Origin: Bacteroidota bacterium
GTDB taxonomy: Bacteria > Bacteroidota > Bacteroidia > Bacteroidales > JAGONC01
DNA: 64,000 nucleotides
NCBI GenBank assembly: GCA_022711405.1
Contig: JAKLFC010000002.1
Location: 245,772 to 309,771, forward strand
Direction of reading: 5' to 3'
In this document: positions 54,844-63,799 of the stretch, piece by piece
Layout: each line of letters begins with the position of its first letter
How positions within the stretch are numbered: the first letter of the stretch is position 1
Notes under the pieces: model-generated
Told to the model about the DNA's origin: nothing
Database searches by the model: none
What the model saw: only the letters and a program-made list of their open reading frames with translations
Made by a program: the position numbers and the translations under genes

Positions 54844-57237
54844 TCACCGCTCCTCAAATTTTACCGCCACCCTCATCTGCATCCGCACCGGCACGCCCCT
54901 CTGCAAAGCTGGGGTCCAGAAGGAACTGGTCAGCTTTATGACACGGACCGCCTCCTGATCGCACTCTGCAGACAGGCCCCGTTTCACCTCTATATTCGAG
55001 ACAGATCCGTCCTTCTCAACGACAAACTGCAGATACACTGTTCCACCCTTACCTAATTCAGGTGCCGGCCAGGTAGAAGGATACTTTAATTGCTCACGGA
55101 TGAATTCTTCCAGCGACTGCCCCATACAGTTGAAGACAGGAGTTACTTCTGCGACTGTAAAAATTGGTTCCTCCTGATCGTATTCCCTTTCCACTGAAGG
55201 ATATTCCACCGCAAAATCCCCGATGCTTCTGTCTGCCTCTCTTGCTGTACGCGGAACTGCACCAGTGAACGACTGTCCTTTCAAACTGCCTTTACTCCCC
55301 TGCGGCATCACCCCTCCCACAGCCTGCCCCACGGCATAGTTGCTAACCCCCTCGGGCAGCGGCAGAGGCTGTCTTACCGTGATCTGCTCACCGCCTGCAT
55401 TGCGTACCTGTGAATCAACAGCAATGAACGACGTATAACGGGTCAGAAGATTGTACCGGAGCCCCAGTTCAGTGATCTGAGCCTGCAGGCTGTTTTCTTC
55501 TCCCAGTCCGGTAAAATCATCCAGGATGCGGATGCGCTCCCGCGCCCAGAGGTATTTCAGTCCTTCATGATTACGCTTTACGTCGCTGGCGTTTACTTCA
55601 ATGGTCTGGCGGTAACAGGTATTCCCGGATGATCCCGTCAATCGGATCGTTCCTGTCGGATCTCCCCTCCATTTCCCGAAAACGATCACCGGCCGTTCAG
55701 AAAAAACATCCGGAACGCTCAGAGGTTCCACATCATAGACATCCAATCCGTCAAAGGTCATCTTTATGTTGGATAAAACCGGATGCTGAACATACTCCCT
55801 GAACCGTTCGGCCATTGTTTCTGCCTCCGGTTCATCCGTGGCGACAAATGCGGCTCCCTGCCCCACGTGGGCCATCCCTTCAATGATGTAACGATTGACC
55901 GAGGTACCGATACCAAAAGGAAAAAAGTTGGCCCTGCCCACGTTCTCACGGATCAGCTGGAAGACCTCCTTTTCAACACTGACATATCCGTCGGTTGCAA
56001 TGATGAATGTACGGGCGTATTCATTCTCTTTTTCCAGGGAAAGTGCTTTTTCCAGTGCAGGAAGGATCTCCGTTCCACCGCTGCCGCTCTGATCCCCGAT
56101 CATCCGGATGGCCTTACTGATGTTTTCACTGCTTGCCTGCAGGGAGCGATCCGACAACAGTCTGGAATCCCCTGCAAAAAGGATCACATTGAAACGATCC
56201 GCCGGCCGTAGGCTGCCGATCAGATCCTTAAGCAATTTTTTGGTTACGTCGAGCGGATAACCATACATGGACCCCGACACATCAACAATAAAAATGTACT
56301 CCCGCGGCGGGATCATATCAGGAGTGACCATCCTCGGCGGCTGGATCATCGCCAGGAAAAATTTTTCATCGCCTTCGGACAGTAGTACCCCCGATTCGAG
56401 CTTATCCCCTGATAAACGATACTGTAAAATAAAATCCCTGTTTCCCTGCGAGTTTTCGGTATCAGCCAGATCTATCTCAACGGACCGGTTGCCGGTGTAA
56501 CGGGTTTGAACTAAATGCGAAGTGCTCCGGAGATCCTTTATCGGTGTCGGAGAAGTGAGCCCGACATGGATATCGAATGTGTAGAGAGGTTTTTCACCTT
56601 CACAGGTATATGGATTTGCGTTCCATGCCGCATCCCCCGAAAGGCTGTTGGTATACCGGGGCCCGGCCACCGTCGGATAGACAAACTCGTAAATGCCTTT
56701 TTCCGGAATGAGCAGTTCCGTATAGGACAGCTCAACCGAGATCACATCGCCGGGCAGGATATTGGCCACATTCATCTGAAACACATTCGGCCGCTGTTCC
56801 TCCAACAGAGAAGCTGTTTTCCCCTCCTGCCTGGCCTGCTCGTAATCCTCCCTGGCTTTCTGCCTTTCCTCAATCTTTGCGACAAGGGTTCGCTCCCCGA
56901 TGGTCATTTTCAATGAATATACAGCCGCACGGGTGGAAGCCGGAAAAATGTAAATCGCCTCCAGCACATTATTTCCTTCATTCCGGTAGACCTGGGTGAC
57001 ACTGACATCTGCAATGACACCTGCAATCCGGACCTCTGCTGAGGTCGACTTCAGCGGGAGCTGGTCGGTAGCTGGATCATCCGACGGTATGAAAAAATAA
57101 GGGGAGGATGTCCGGTCAGCATCCTCATAAGGTCTCTGTATGCCTGGACCTATCACCTGCTGGGAAACGGCGGCCCAGGAATAGCCGACCAGGATAGACA
57201 GGTAAAATACCCTCCGGATCATTGCGTTTGTTTTCAT
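54844..57237 (-). CDS. VIT domain + von Willebrand factor A domain + TonB C-terminal domain fusion protein (797 aa)
   Basis: Signal peptide. VIT-like LKSTSAEVRIAGVIADVSVTQVYRNEGNNVLEAIYIFP. vWA with MIDAS DVSGS (56269-56283). C-terminal 108 aa PVF...GTVYLQFVVEKDGSVSNIEVKRGLS...QEAVRV...PVR is TonB_C-like (54847-55170). Confidence 0.75.
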   Translation of the reverse strand: MKTNAMIRRVFYLSILVGYSWAAVSQQVIGPGIQRPYEDADRTSSPYFFIPSDDPATDQLPLKSTSAEVRIAGVIADVSVTQVYRNEGNNVLEAIYIFPASTRAAVYSLKMTIGERTLVAKIEERQKAREDYEQARQEGKTASLLEEQRPNVFQMNVANILPGDVISVELSYTELLIPEKGIYEFVYPTVAGPRYTNSLSGDAAWNANPYTCEGEKPLYTFDIHVGLTSPTPIKDLRSTSHLVQTRYTGNRSVEIDLADTENSQGNRDFILQYRLSGDKLESGVLLSEGDEKFFLAMIQPPRMVTPDMIPPREYIFIVDVSGSMYGYPLDVTKKLLKDLIGSLRPADRFNVILFAGDSRLLSDRSLQASSENISKAIRMIGDQSGSGGTEILPALEKALSLEKENEYARTFIIATDGYVSVEKEVFQLIRENVGRANFFPFGIGTSVNRYIIEGMAHVGQGAAFVATDEPEAETMAERFREYVQHPVLSNIKMTFDGLDVYDVEPLSVPDVFSERPVIVFGKWRGDPTGTIRLTGSSGNTCYRQTIEVNASDVKRNHEGLKYLWARERIRILDDFTGLGEENSLQAQITELGLRYNLLTRYTSFIAVDSQVRNAGGEQITVRQPLPLPEGVSNYAVGQAVGGVMPQGSKGSLKGQSFTGAVPRTAREADRSIGDFAVEYPSVEREYDQEEPIFTVAEVTPVFNCMGQSLEEFIREQLKYPSTWPAPELGKGGTVYLQFVVEKDGSVSNIEVKRGLSAECDQEAVRVIKLTSSFWTPALQRGVPVRMQMRVAVKFEER
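56269..56283 (-). other. MIDAS DxSxS motif codons (D-V-S-G-S) of the vWA domain
   Basis: Residues 319-323 of the 797-aa protein in the context YIFIVDVSGSMYG. Confidence 0.7.
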
Positions 57238-57311
57238 AACTTTAATGGTTTTTTGGAATATCGTTTGTTACAAGATGCAGATCTTCGAAAAATTCCATAA
57301 AACATCCCCGC

Positions 57312-57908
57312 ATGAGGTTGTTCGGCAAACAGAAAATCACACCACACCAGGATCTTCCGGATGATGAACTCCTGAAACGTTTCCGGCTTTCAGGTGACAC
57401 TTCACTGATGGGCATCCTGTTTACACGCTATACCCACCTGGTATATGGTGTATGCATGAAATATCTTCAGGATCAGGAAGATGCGCGCGATGCCGTGATG
57501 GATATCTTTGAAGATCTGCTTCTGAACCTGCATACCCATAACGTGGAGGTCTTCAAAAACTGGCTGTACACCGTATCCCGGAACCACTGCCTGATGATCC
57601 TGCGAAAAGAGGCATCGGTCAGGAGGGTACGTGAACAATGGCTGGCGACCTTTTCTCAGGAGATTATGGATTCGGGGGATATTCTGCATCTTGATAAAAA
57701 TGAACAAGATTCCCGCTTATCCTCCATGATGGAAGCACTCAAACGGCTGAATGATGAACAGCGGACCTGCCTGGAGCTTCTTTACCTTCATAACAGGAGC
57801 TACCAGGAAGTTTCGGAAATCACAGGATTTTCGATGAACCAGGTGAAAAGCTTCATTCAGAACGGCAAACGAAATATGAGAAACATACTCATCAAAGAAC
57901 ATGACTGA
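57312..57908 (+). CDS. ECF-type RNA polymerase sigma-70 family factor
   Basis: Region 2 (LVYGVCMKYLQDQEDARDAVMDIFEDL...WLYTVSRN) and region 4 HTH (SYQEVSEITGFSMNQVKSFIQNGKRNMR). 198 aa. Confidence 0.8.
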   Translation: MRLFGKQKITPHQDLPDDELLKRFRLSGDTSLMGILFTRYTHLVYGVCMKYLQDQEDARDAVMDIFEDLLLNLHTHNVEVFKNWLYTVSRNHCLMILRKEASVRRVREQWLATFSQEIMDSGDILHLDKNEQDSRLSSMMEALKRLNDEQRTCLELLYLHNRSYQEVSEITGFSMNQVKSFIQNGKRNMRNILIKEHD

Positions 57909-59019
57909 AAAACGTTCCACAACACCTCTGTTCAATCCTTCCGGATGCCTGACCCTCAGGGCATTTCAGCATTACCTGGAAGGCAGTCTATCCATGGAGG
58001 ATCAGAAACTTGTCATGGATCACCTGAGTGCTTGCTTGTTATGCAGGGATGCAGCAGAGGGATTGGCTAAGACATCAGATCCTAAAGTGATCAACAGGGA
58101 GATCAATGCCATCAACCGGGAAATTCTGGAAAAGACGTCCGGGGCCGCCTTTGACCGACCACATCCGAGAGCACAAAAAAAACTCATTAGGAATGTATGG
58201 ACATACGCAGCGGCCGCATCGGTCATCCTTCTGGTAAGTATCTACTTCCTGGTGCGTCAATCCCGTCCCGAGTACCAGGAATCCATGATTGCCCTGAGCG
58301 ATACGGTCAGGAAAGATGTGGATCAATTACGTCAGAGTGAACCCGTCACAGTGCCTGATTCCAGAAAGGTCCCAGCAAAGGAAAGCATCCCGCCGGGTGT
58401 ACCGCAGTCTATGGAGCCTGAATTCCAGGAATCCGAACCCGAAGCCGTTGTCAGTGAGGAAAATGCTGATGCCATTGCAGAAGCACAGATTTCATCCGGG
58501 GAGATCAGCCCCACGACCGACAGTACGACACCTGCACAGGTGGCGGATCATACGGTCGTCGTGGAAATGAAGGAAATGGCTGCGGAAGAACCGCTTCCGG
58601 TCATAGAAGGAATTTCAGTGGGTGGTGTATCCGCCAGAAGGGAGAAAAGCGCTCACCGCACGGTCAGGGCCGACATGCAGATATCCCAGGGGGAGGACGT
58701 TTTCACCATAGTCGAACAGATGCCCGTATTCCCTGGAGGAGACGACAGCCTGTCAGCCTTTCTCAGCAGAAACCTTCATTACCCGGAGGAAGCCCTGGCT
58801 CATCAGACGGAAGGTACCGTTTATCTGACATTTGTTGTGGAAAAGGATGGTACTGTCTCGGATGTGCGCGTACAAAGAGGTCTCTCGGAGGCATGCAACC
58901 AGGAAGCGATCCGTCTGGTAAATTCCATGCCCCGCTGGCTTCCCGGCCGTCAAAACAACACCCCCGTCCGCGTCAGCTACAACCTGCCCATTCCGTTTAC
59001 TCTCCCAAATAAAAAATAA
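57901..59019 (+). CDS. Anti-sigma factor (zf-HC2-like) fused to a TonB C-terminal domain
   Basis: ATG overlaps the sigma stop (ATGACTGA). H41-x3-C45-x2-C48 (HLSACLLCRD). TM VWTYAAAASVILLVSIYFLV. Acidic/Pro-rich linker. C-terminal TonB_C-like 108 aa (58693-59016). Confidence 0.7.
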   Translation: MTEKRSTTPLFNPSGCLTLRAFQHYLEGSLSMEDQKLVMDHLSACLLCRDAAEGLAKTSDPKVINREINAINREILEKTSGAAFDRPHPRAQKKLIRNVWTYAAAASVILLVSIYFLVRQSRPEYQESMIALSDTVRKDVDQLRQSEPVTVPDSRKVPAKESIPPGVPQSMEPEFQESEPEAVVSEENADAIAEAQISSGEISPTTDSTTPAQVADHTVVVEMKEMAAEEPLPVIEGISVGGVSARREKSAHRTVRADMQISQGEDVFTIVEQMPVFPGGDDSLSAFLSRNLHYPEEALAHQTEGTVYLTFVVEKDGTVSDVRVQRGLSEACNQEAIRLVNSMPRWLPGRQNNTPVRVSYNLPIPFTLPNKK

Positions 59020-59044
59020 TCTTTCTCCTTTCTCCTCTCTCCTC

Positions 59045-59725
59045 TCAATTCTGTATCTCAATCTCCCAGCTCCCCGGCTCATAGATGACAAACATCAGTT
59101 TACAGATAAGCGTACCTGTTCCGAGTTTATTGATCGTTGAATAGGTCACCTGGCCCGTAAAGGGAAAAGTAATGCTTTCGAAACCATTGAAGTTCGAACT
59201 CTGATAACCGCTGTCGCCCCACATAAGAAGGTTTTCCAGGTTCGGATTTTCTACCCCGGATCTGAAAAAACGTATCCTCACCTGTTCTCCCGAATGATCC
59301 ATTCGCAGAAAACGCGCATCATCAATATCCCTGGTCTCCAGGACTTTATATTCATACTTGTGGTATTCCGATCCCACATAACGATCCTCTTTCCAGTAGC
59401 CGGTGAGAACGCTGTCCACATTGTTCACCCTGTAGGAGAAAATACCAAATCCATCGCGCCGGCCCTCCACCCATTCTCCATCATACACCTCGCCGGTGCT
59501 CCAGGTATAGATTCCATTACCTTCAGGAAATCCTCTTACGAATTTTCCGTTATAGGTATCCCGTCCCCTGGCCAGTCCCTCCCCATGGGCGAGTCCTTTT
59601 TTGCATTCCCCCTGGTATTGGTCGGCAATGGGAGGCAGCAACACTTTGCAGGGGACAGAGGTCTGCTGCTGGGCTGAAAGGGAAATGGGCAGAGCTATCA
59701 ATAGGTACAGTGACAGTGTTTTCAT
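59045..59725 (-). CDS. MORN repeat-containing secreted protein
   Basis: Signal peptide MKTLSLYLLIALPISLSAQ. Repeats of the Y.G.F..G...G.G.Y type (YNGKFVRGFPEGNGIYTW, YDGEWVEGRRDGFGIFSY). Confidence 0.55.
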   Translation of the reverse strand: MKTLSLYLLIALPISLSAQQQTSVPCKVLLPPIADQYQGECKKGLAHGEGLARGRDTYNGKFVRGFPEGNGIYTWSTGEVYDGEWVEGRRDGFGIFSYRVNNVDSVLTGYWKEDRYVGSEYHKYEYKVLETRDIDDARFLRMDHSGEQVRIRFFRSGVENPNLENLLMWGDSGYQSSNFNGFESITFPFTGQVTYSTINKLGTGTLICKLMFVIYEPGSWEIEIQN

Positions 59726-59898
59726 AGCATGAATCGAATGAGGTTAGAAAATGATGCACCTAAATTACTCATTTTTCCATTTTAATGAATCGTTACAATC
59801 CTTTGTGTTCCTTAGTGGTTTCATTTTTTTTACCTTAACCACAAAGGTCATTTGTACGGCATGCGCTGTGGAAAACATAAAATATGTAAACTTGCAGG

Positions 59899-60759
59899 AT
59901 GAAAGATGATAGCCCCATACGCTTCAACTACCATACCCACACCCGTTTCTGCGACGGCAGGAGCGAGCCGGAGCAGTACGTGCAGGAAGCCCTGCGCCTG
60001 GGGATGCATTCCCTGGGATTTTCGGCGCACAGCCCGCTGCCTTTTGATACCCCCTTTGCCATCCGCTGGAATGAAGTGGAAGAATATTGCCATACCATTC
60101 TGGAACTGAAACAGAAGTACGCTGACCGGCTCCCGATCTACCTGTCGCTGGAGATCGATTATATCCCGGGCATTTCTGAAAATTTTGATCAGCTGCGAAA
60201 TGCACACCCCCTGGATTACACCATTGGATCGGTACACCTGGTCCGGCCTGGCGACCGGGAGGGACTCTGGTTCATCGATGGTCCCATGGCAGAGATCTAT
60301 GATTCCGGCCTGCAGGAATTGTTCGACGGCGATATCCAAAAAGCGGTATCCACCTATTACCGGTATTTGAATCAGATGATCACCGGACAGCGGCCCACCA
60401 TTATCGGCCACATGGATAAGATCAAGATGCACAACAGGGGACGTCATTTTACAGAAGATGAGCACTGGTACATTCAATTGGTGGAAGAAACCCTCGACAA
60501 CATCCAGGCATCGGCGGGTATCGTGGAGGTCAATACCCGGGGAGTGTACAAAAAAAGGTCAGATGACCTTTACCCGGGCAGGTGGGTGCTTCAGAGAATC
60601 CAGCAACGGCACATTCCGGTGACCATCAGTACCGATGCCCACCGCCCGGAAGAGCTGACGGCCTATTTTGATGAAACCGTTAAGATCCTGGCGGAAATCG
60701 GGTTCCGGTCGGTCATGTACATTAAGGATGGGAAATGGAAAGAACATCCCTTGTGTTAG
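59899..60759 (+). CDS. Histidinol-phosphatase HisJ family (PHP domain) protein
   Basis: FNYHTHTRFCDG metal-binding start, GFSAHSP, and later GHMD and STDAH motifs typical of PHP/HisJ. Confidence 0.8.
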   Translation: MKDDSPIRFNYHTHTRFCDGRSEPEQYVQEALRLGMHSLGFSAHSPLPFDTPFAIRWNEVEEYCHTILELKQKYADRLPIYLSLEIDYIPGISENFDQLRNAHPLDYTIGSVHLVRPGDREGLWFIDGPMAEIYDSGLQELFDGDIQKAVSTYYRYLNQMITGQRPTIIGHMDKIKMHNRGRHFTEDEHWYIQLVEETLDNIQASAGIVEVNTRGVYKKRSDDLYPGRWVLQRIQQRHIPVTISTDAHRPEELTAYFDETVKILAEIGFRSVMYIKDGKWKEHPLC

Positions 60760-60763
60760 TTAT

Positions 60764-60886
60764 AAATCCCAAATTCCAAGCACCAAGGTCCAAACAAATT
60801 CCAGTCTACAAATTCCAAACTCTTATCCCCTGGAATTTGGATCTTGAGATTTGTTTGGATTTTGGATTTTGGGATTTGGAATTTTA
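60764..60886. repeat. Copy B of the GGAATTTGG-rich repeat together with its inverted partner: a ~120-nt imperfect palindrome between convergent genes
   Basis: The left arm (aaatcccaaattccaag...tccaaacaaattccagtctacaaattcca) is an imperfect reverse complement of the right arm (tggaatttggatcttgagatttgtttgga...). It fills the gap between the HisJ-family gene stop (60759) and the fabH stop (60884). Confidence 0.7.
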
Positions 60887-61882
60887 CGTTCCGTTATATC
60901 CCCACTTCAGGTACATCGCCCCCCAGGTGAATCCGGCTCCGAACGTCGCCAGGATCAGGTTATCACCTTTTTTCAGTTGGTTTTCCCATTCCCAGAGTAG
61001 CAGCGGCAGGGTGGCGGCGGTTGTATTTCCGTATTTTTCAATGTTGATCATGACCTGGTCGCGGCTGATGCCCATCCGGTTAGCTGTAGCCTGGATGATC
61101 CGCATGTTGGCCTGGTGGGGAAGGAACCAGGTCAGGTCAGTGGGAGCGATATGGTTCCGTTGCATGAGCTCCACCGATATGTCGGCCATATTGGCCACTG
61201 CATACTTGAAGACGGTCCTTCCTTCCTGGTAGATGTAATGTTCGCGGGCGTCCACTGTGGCATGAGAGGCTGGTTTCAGCGATCCCCCTGCTTTCTGGTG
61301 CAGATAGATATGGCCCGAACCGTCGGTGCGCAGGATGCTGTCGAGTATGCCGTATTCGCCCGTAGTGGGTTCCAGCATCACCGCCCCGGCGGCATCGCCG
61401 AAGATCGGGCAGACGGCCCTGTCGCTGTAGTCGATGATAGTCGACATCTTTTCAGCGCCCACGATGATGACTTTTTTGTAGTCACCTGTTTCAACAAACC
61501 GGCTGCCTGTCTCCAGTGCATAAAGAAATCCAGAACATCCTGCTCCCAGGTCAAAGCTGAAGGCATTCCGGATCCCGGTGGCGTCGCTGATCAGGTTGGC
61601 CGTGGCCGGGAACTGCATATCCGGGGTCACCGTGGCACAGATCAGCACATCCACCTGCTCGGGTGAAGTGTTCGTCTTCCTCAGCAGTTCCCTGACCGCC
61701 TGGGCTCCAAGGTAAGAAGCACCTTTATCCTTATCTTTTAAGATCCTTCGTTCTTTTACCCCGATCCGTTCCATGATCCACTCATCGGAAGTATCCACCA
61801 TGCGGCTCAACTCCTCATTGGTCAGCACGTACTCAGGTACATAGGCTCCCACACCGGTTATTGCTGCTCTGATTTTTTCCAT
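60884..61882 (-). CDS. fabH: Beta-ketoacyl-ACP synthase III
   Basis: Active-site Cys context [11 protein letters not shown], His PHQANMRI, Asn GNTTAATLP. 332 aa. Confidence 0.93.
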   Translation of the reverse strand: MEKIRAAITGVGAYVPEYVLTNEELSRMVDTSDEWIMERIGVKERRILKDKDKGASYLGAQAVRELLRKTNTSPEQVDVLICATVTPDMQFPATANLISDATGIRNAFSFDLGAGCSGFLYALETGSRFVETGDYKKVIIVGAEKMSTIIDYSDRAVCPIFGDAAGAVMLEPTTGEYGILDSILRTDGSGHIYLHQKAGGSLKPASHATVDAREHYIYQEGRTVFKYAVANMADISVELMQRNHIAPTDLTWFLPHQANMRIIQATANRMGISRDQVMINIEKYGNTTAATLPLLLWEWENQLKKGDNLILATFGAGFTWGAMYLKWGYNGT

Positions 61883-61939
61883 TACTGTAACGGATTAACG
61901 ATTCCGGAAAGAAACTCCAGGTTGATGATCCTGGAATAT

Positions 61940-62896
61940 TTATGTGTTGTTATTGATTTCTATCAACGAATGGCGTATCTTGTCGGAGAGGTTGGCATGA
62001 TAAACGTCCCTGCTCAGGAGGATCATGTTTTTAATGGCGCGTTCATTGGAAATCCCATGGCCAACGATGACGGGAGCATTGATGCCAAGGATAGGGGTAC
62101 CGCCGAAGTTTTCATAGTTGAACCTTTCGAAATAGTCATCCACCAAACTGCGTTTCTTCAGGATATAATAGATCTCTTCCAGCGCTTTGAGGACAATGTT
62201 GCCGGTGTATCCGTCACAGACCACGACGTCGGCCTTGTCGCCGAAAAGATCTCTTCCTTCGATATTGCCTATAAAGTGGAAATCCCTGGTGTCTTTCATC
62301 AGCTGAAAAGCGGATTGACATAAAAGGTTTCCCTTGATGTCCTCCTCTCCTATATTCAGCAGCCCGACTTTCGGATTATTGATGTGATGGACATACTGGG
62401 CATAAACCGAACCCAGGATGCCCAGCTGGTACATCACATCGGGTTTCAGATCCGGATTGGTTCCAACATCCAGTAAAACGGTCACGCTGCCGCTCTCCTT
62501 GGGAATGATGGCCGTAGTGGCTGGCCGTATGATCCCCTGGATCACGTTCACGCTGTAAATGGATCCCACCATCATGGCCCCGCTGCTGCCCGCACTGGTA
62601 AAAGCATGGATATGATTGTCCTTCATCAGCCTGAATCCGACTGCGATGCTGGAGTGTGGTTTTTGCAAAAAAGCACGGGTGGGAGTTTCGTGCATGTGGA
62701 TCACCTCCGGTGCGTGTATGATCTCAAATCCGGCGGGATCTCCTCCCTTCTCAGCCAGTGTTGACAGGATGACCTGCTCGTCGCCGATCAGAACGATGCT
62801 GTCGTCAGAACTTAATTCTTTCAACGCCTGGATGGCTCCTCCAATAGGAGCACCAGGGTACTTGTCACCCCCCATGACATCCAGGCCAACTTTCAT
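61940..62896 (-). CDS. plsX: Phosphate acyltransferase PlsX
   Basis: MKVGLDVMGGD start at the internal ATG at 62896. Conserved GNIVLK and GHG regions. rpmF-plsX-fabH synteny. Confidence 0.93.
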   Translation of the reverse strand: MKVGLDVMGGDKYPGAPIGGAIQALKELSSDDSIVLIGDEQVILSTLAEKGGDPAGFEIIHAPEVIHMHETPTRAFLQKPHSSIAVGFRLMKDNHIHAFTSAGSSGAMMVGSIYSVNVIQGIIRPATTAIIPKESGSVTVLLDVGTNPDLKPDVMYQLGILGSVYAQYVHHINNPKVGLLNIGEEDIKGNLLCQSAFQLMKDTRDFHFIGNIEGRDLFGDKADVVVCDGYTGNIVLKALEEIYYILKKRSLVDDYFERFNYENFGGTPILGINAPVIVGHGISNERAIKNMILLSRDVYHANLSDKIRHSLIEINNNT

Positions 62897-62939
62897 CTCA
62901 GACTGGTTTGGTAGAACATGATTGAACAGAAGCCGCTCA

Positions 62940-63125
62940 TTAAACAGCCGTTTCCTTTTCGATCGCCTTTTTACCCCTGTAATATCCGCACTCCGGGCAG
63001 ACCCGGTGATAAACCACGGGAGCACCACAATTGGAACAGATGCTGTAGGTTGCAGGAGTGGTCTTATCGTGGGTTCTTCTCTTGTCCCTTCTGGTCTTGG
63101 AGTGATTTCGTTTCGGATGTGCCAT
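62940..63125 (-). CDS. rpmF: 50S ribosomal protein L32
   Basis: MAHPKRNHSKTRRDKRRTH start and the CxxC...CxxC zinc ribbon (CSNCG...CPECG). Confidence 0.93.
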   Translation of the reverse strand: MAHPKRNHSKTRRDKRRTHDKTTPATYSICSNCGAPVVYHRVCPECGYYRGKKAIEKETAV

Positions 63126-63153
63126 TGTATTGTCTGTTAAATAAAATTAATGT

Positions 63154-63669
63154 TCATAGCAATTTTTTCAGTTCATCCCAGCGAGGATCTGCCGCTTCAT
63201 CCTCCTTGCTGCTTTGCCCCAACCTGCCTGTCACCTCGGGATTACACAGGCTGATCCCTTCCTCATCGTTGGGATGCACGCACTTATATGGCAACAGCAG
63301 GTGAATGTATTCATAAATATAATGACGTACATTGATCCGGTGCTCCGTGCCCGGAATGACCACAATTTCATCTGTCTCCTCGTAGCTGGTTTCACCGAAC
63401 TTGATGATCAGGCGCTCTGTCCCTCCGATGGGCTGGTCATAATAATCCAGGCACCGGTCACACATCACATGCACTGTACCGCTGATCGCAAAGTTCAGCA
63501 CCAGCATCGTTTCCTGCTTTTCAACCTCCAGGTCAACCGTCACCTTCCCCGCCTTGATCTGCGAATACTCAAAATGCCGGAAAAATTCATCGTCGATGAA
63601 AAATTCATATTCGTGTATTCCCGGTTTCAGTCCGGAAAACGGAATCACAAACGGATCAGCGTACGACAT
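63154..63669 (-). CDS. yceD: YceD/DUF177 family protein
   Basis: Located upstream of rpmF. Motif CDRCLD and acidic C-terminus. Start at the internal ATG at 63669 with a TACTTTTG box at 63697-63704. Confidence 0.8.
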   Translation of the reverse strand: MSYADPFVIPFSGLKPGIHEYEFFIDDEFFRHFEYSQIKAGKVTVDLEVEKQETMLVLNFAISGTVHVMCDRCLDYYDQPIGGTERLIIKFGETSYEETDEIVVIPGTEHRINVRHYIYEYIHLLLPYKCVHPNDEEGISLCNPEVTGRLGQSSKEDEAADPRWDELKKLL

Positions 63670-63696
63670 GAGGCAAGGAACAGAAAAAATTGGGTG

Positions 63697-63704
63697 CAAA
63701 AGTA
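63697..63704 (-). promoter_or_regulatory. Bacteroidota -7 box TAnnTTTG (tacttttg on the minus strand)
   Basis: Upstream of the yceD ATG at 63669. Likely promoter of the yceD-rpmF-plsX-fabH unit. Confidence 0.45.
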
Positions 63705-63776
63705 TACTTTTTCCATGTTATTAACAAATTTAACTGGTTTTTAACAACACCCCTTGATTGGAATAGTTTTTCTCCC

Positions 63777-63784
63777 TATTTTTG
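63777..63784 (+). promoter_or_regulatory. Bacteroidota -7 box TAnnTTTG (tatttttg)
   Basis: Upstream of the partial ORF ATG at 63800. Confidence 0.3.
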
Positions 63785-63799
63785 ACCAAACTCTCTCCC

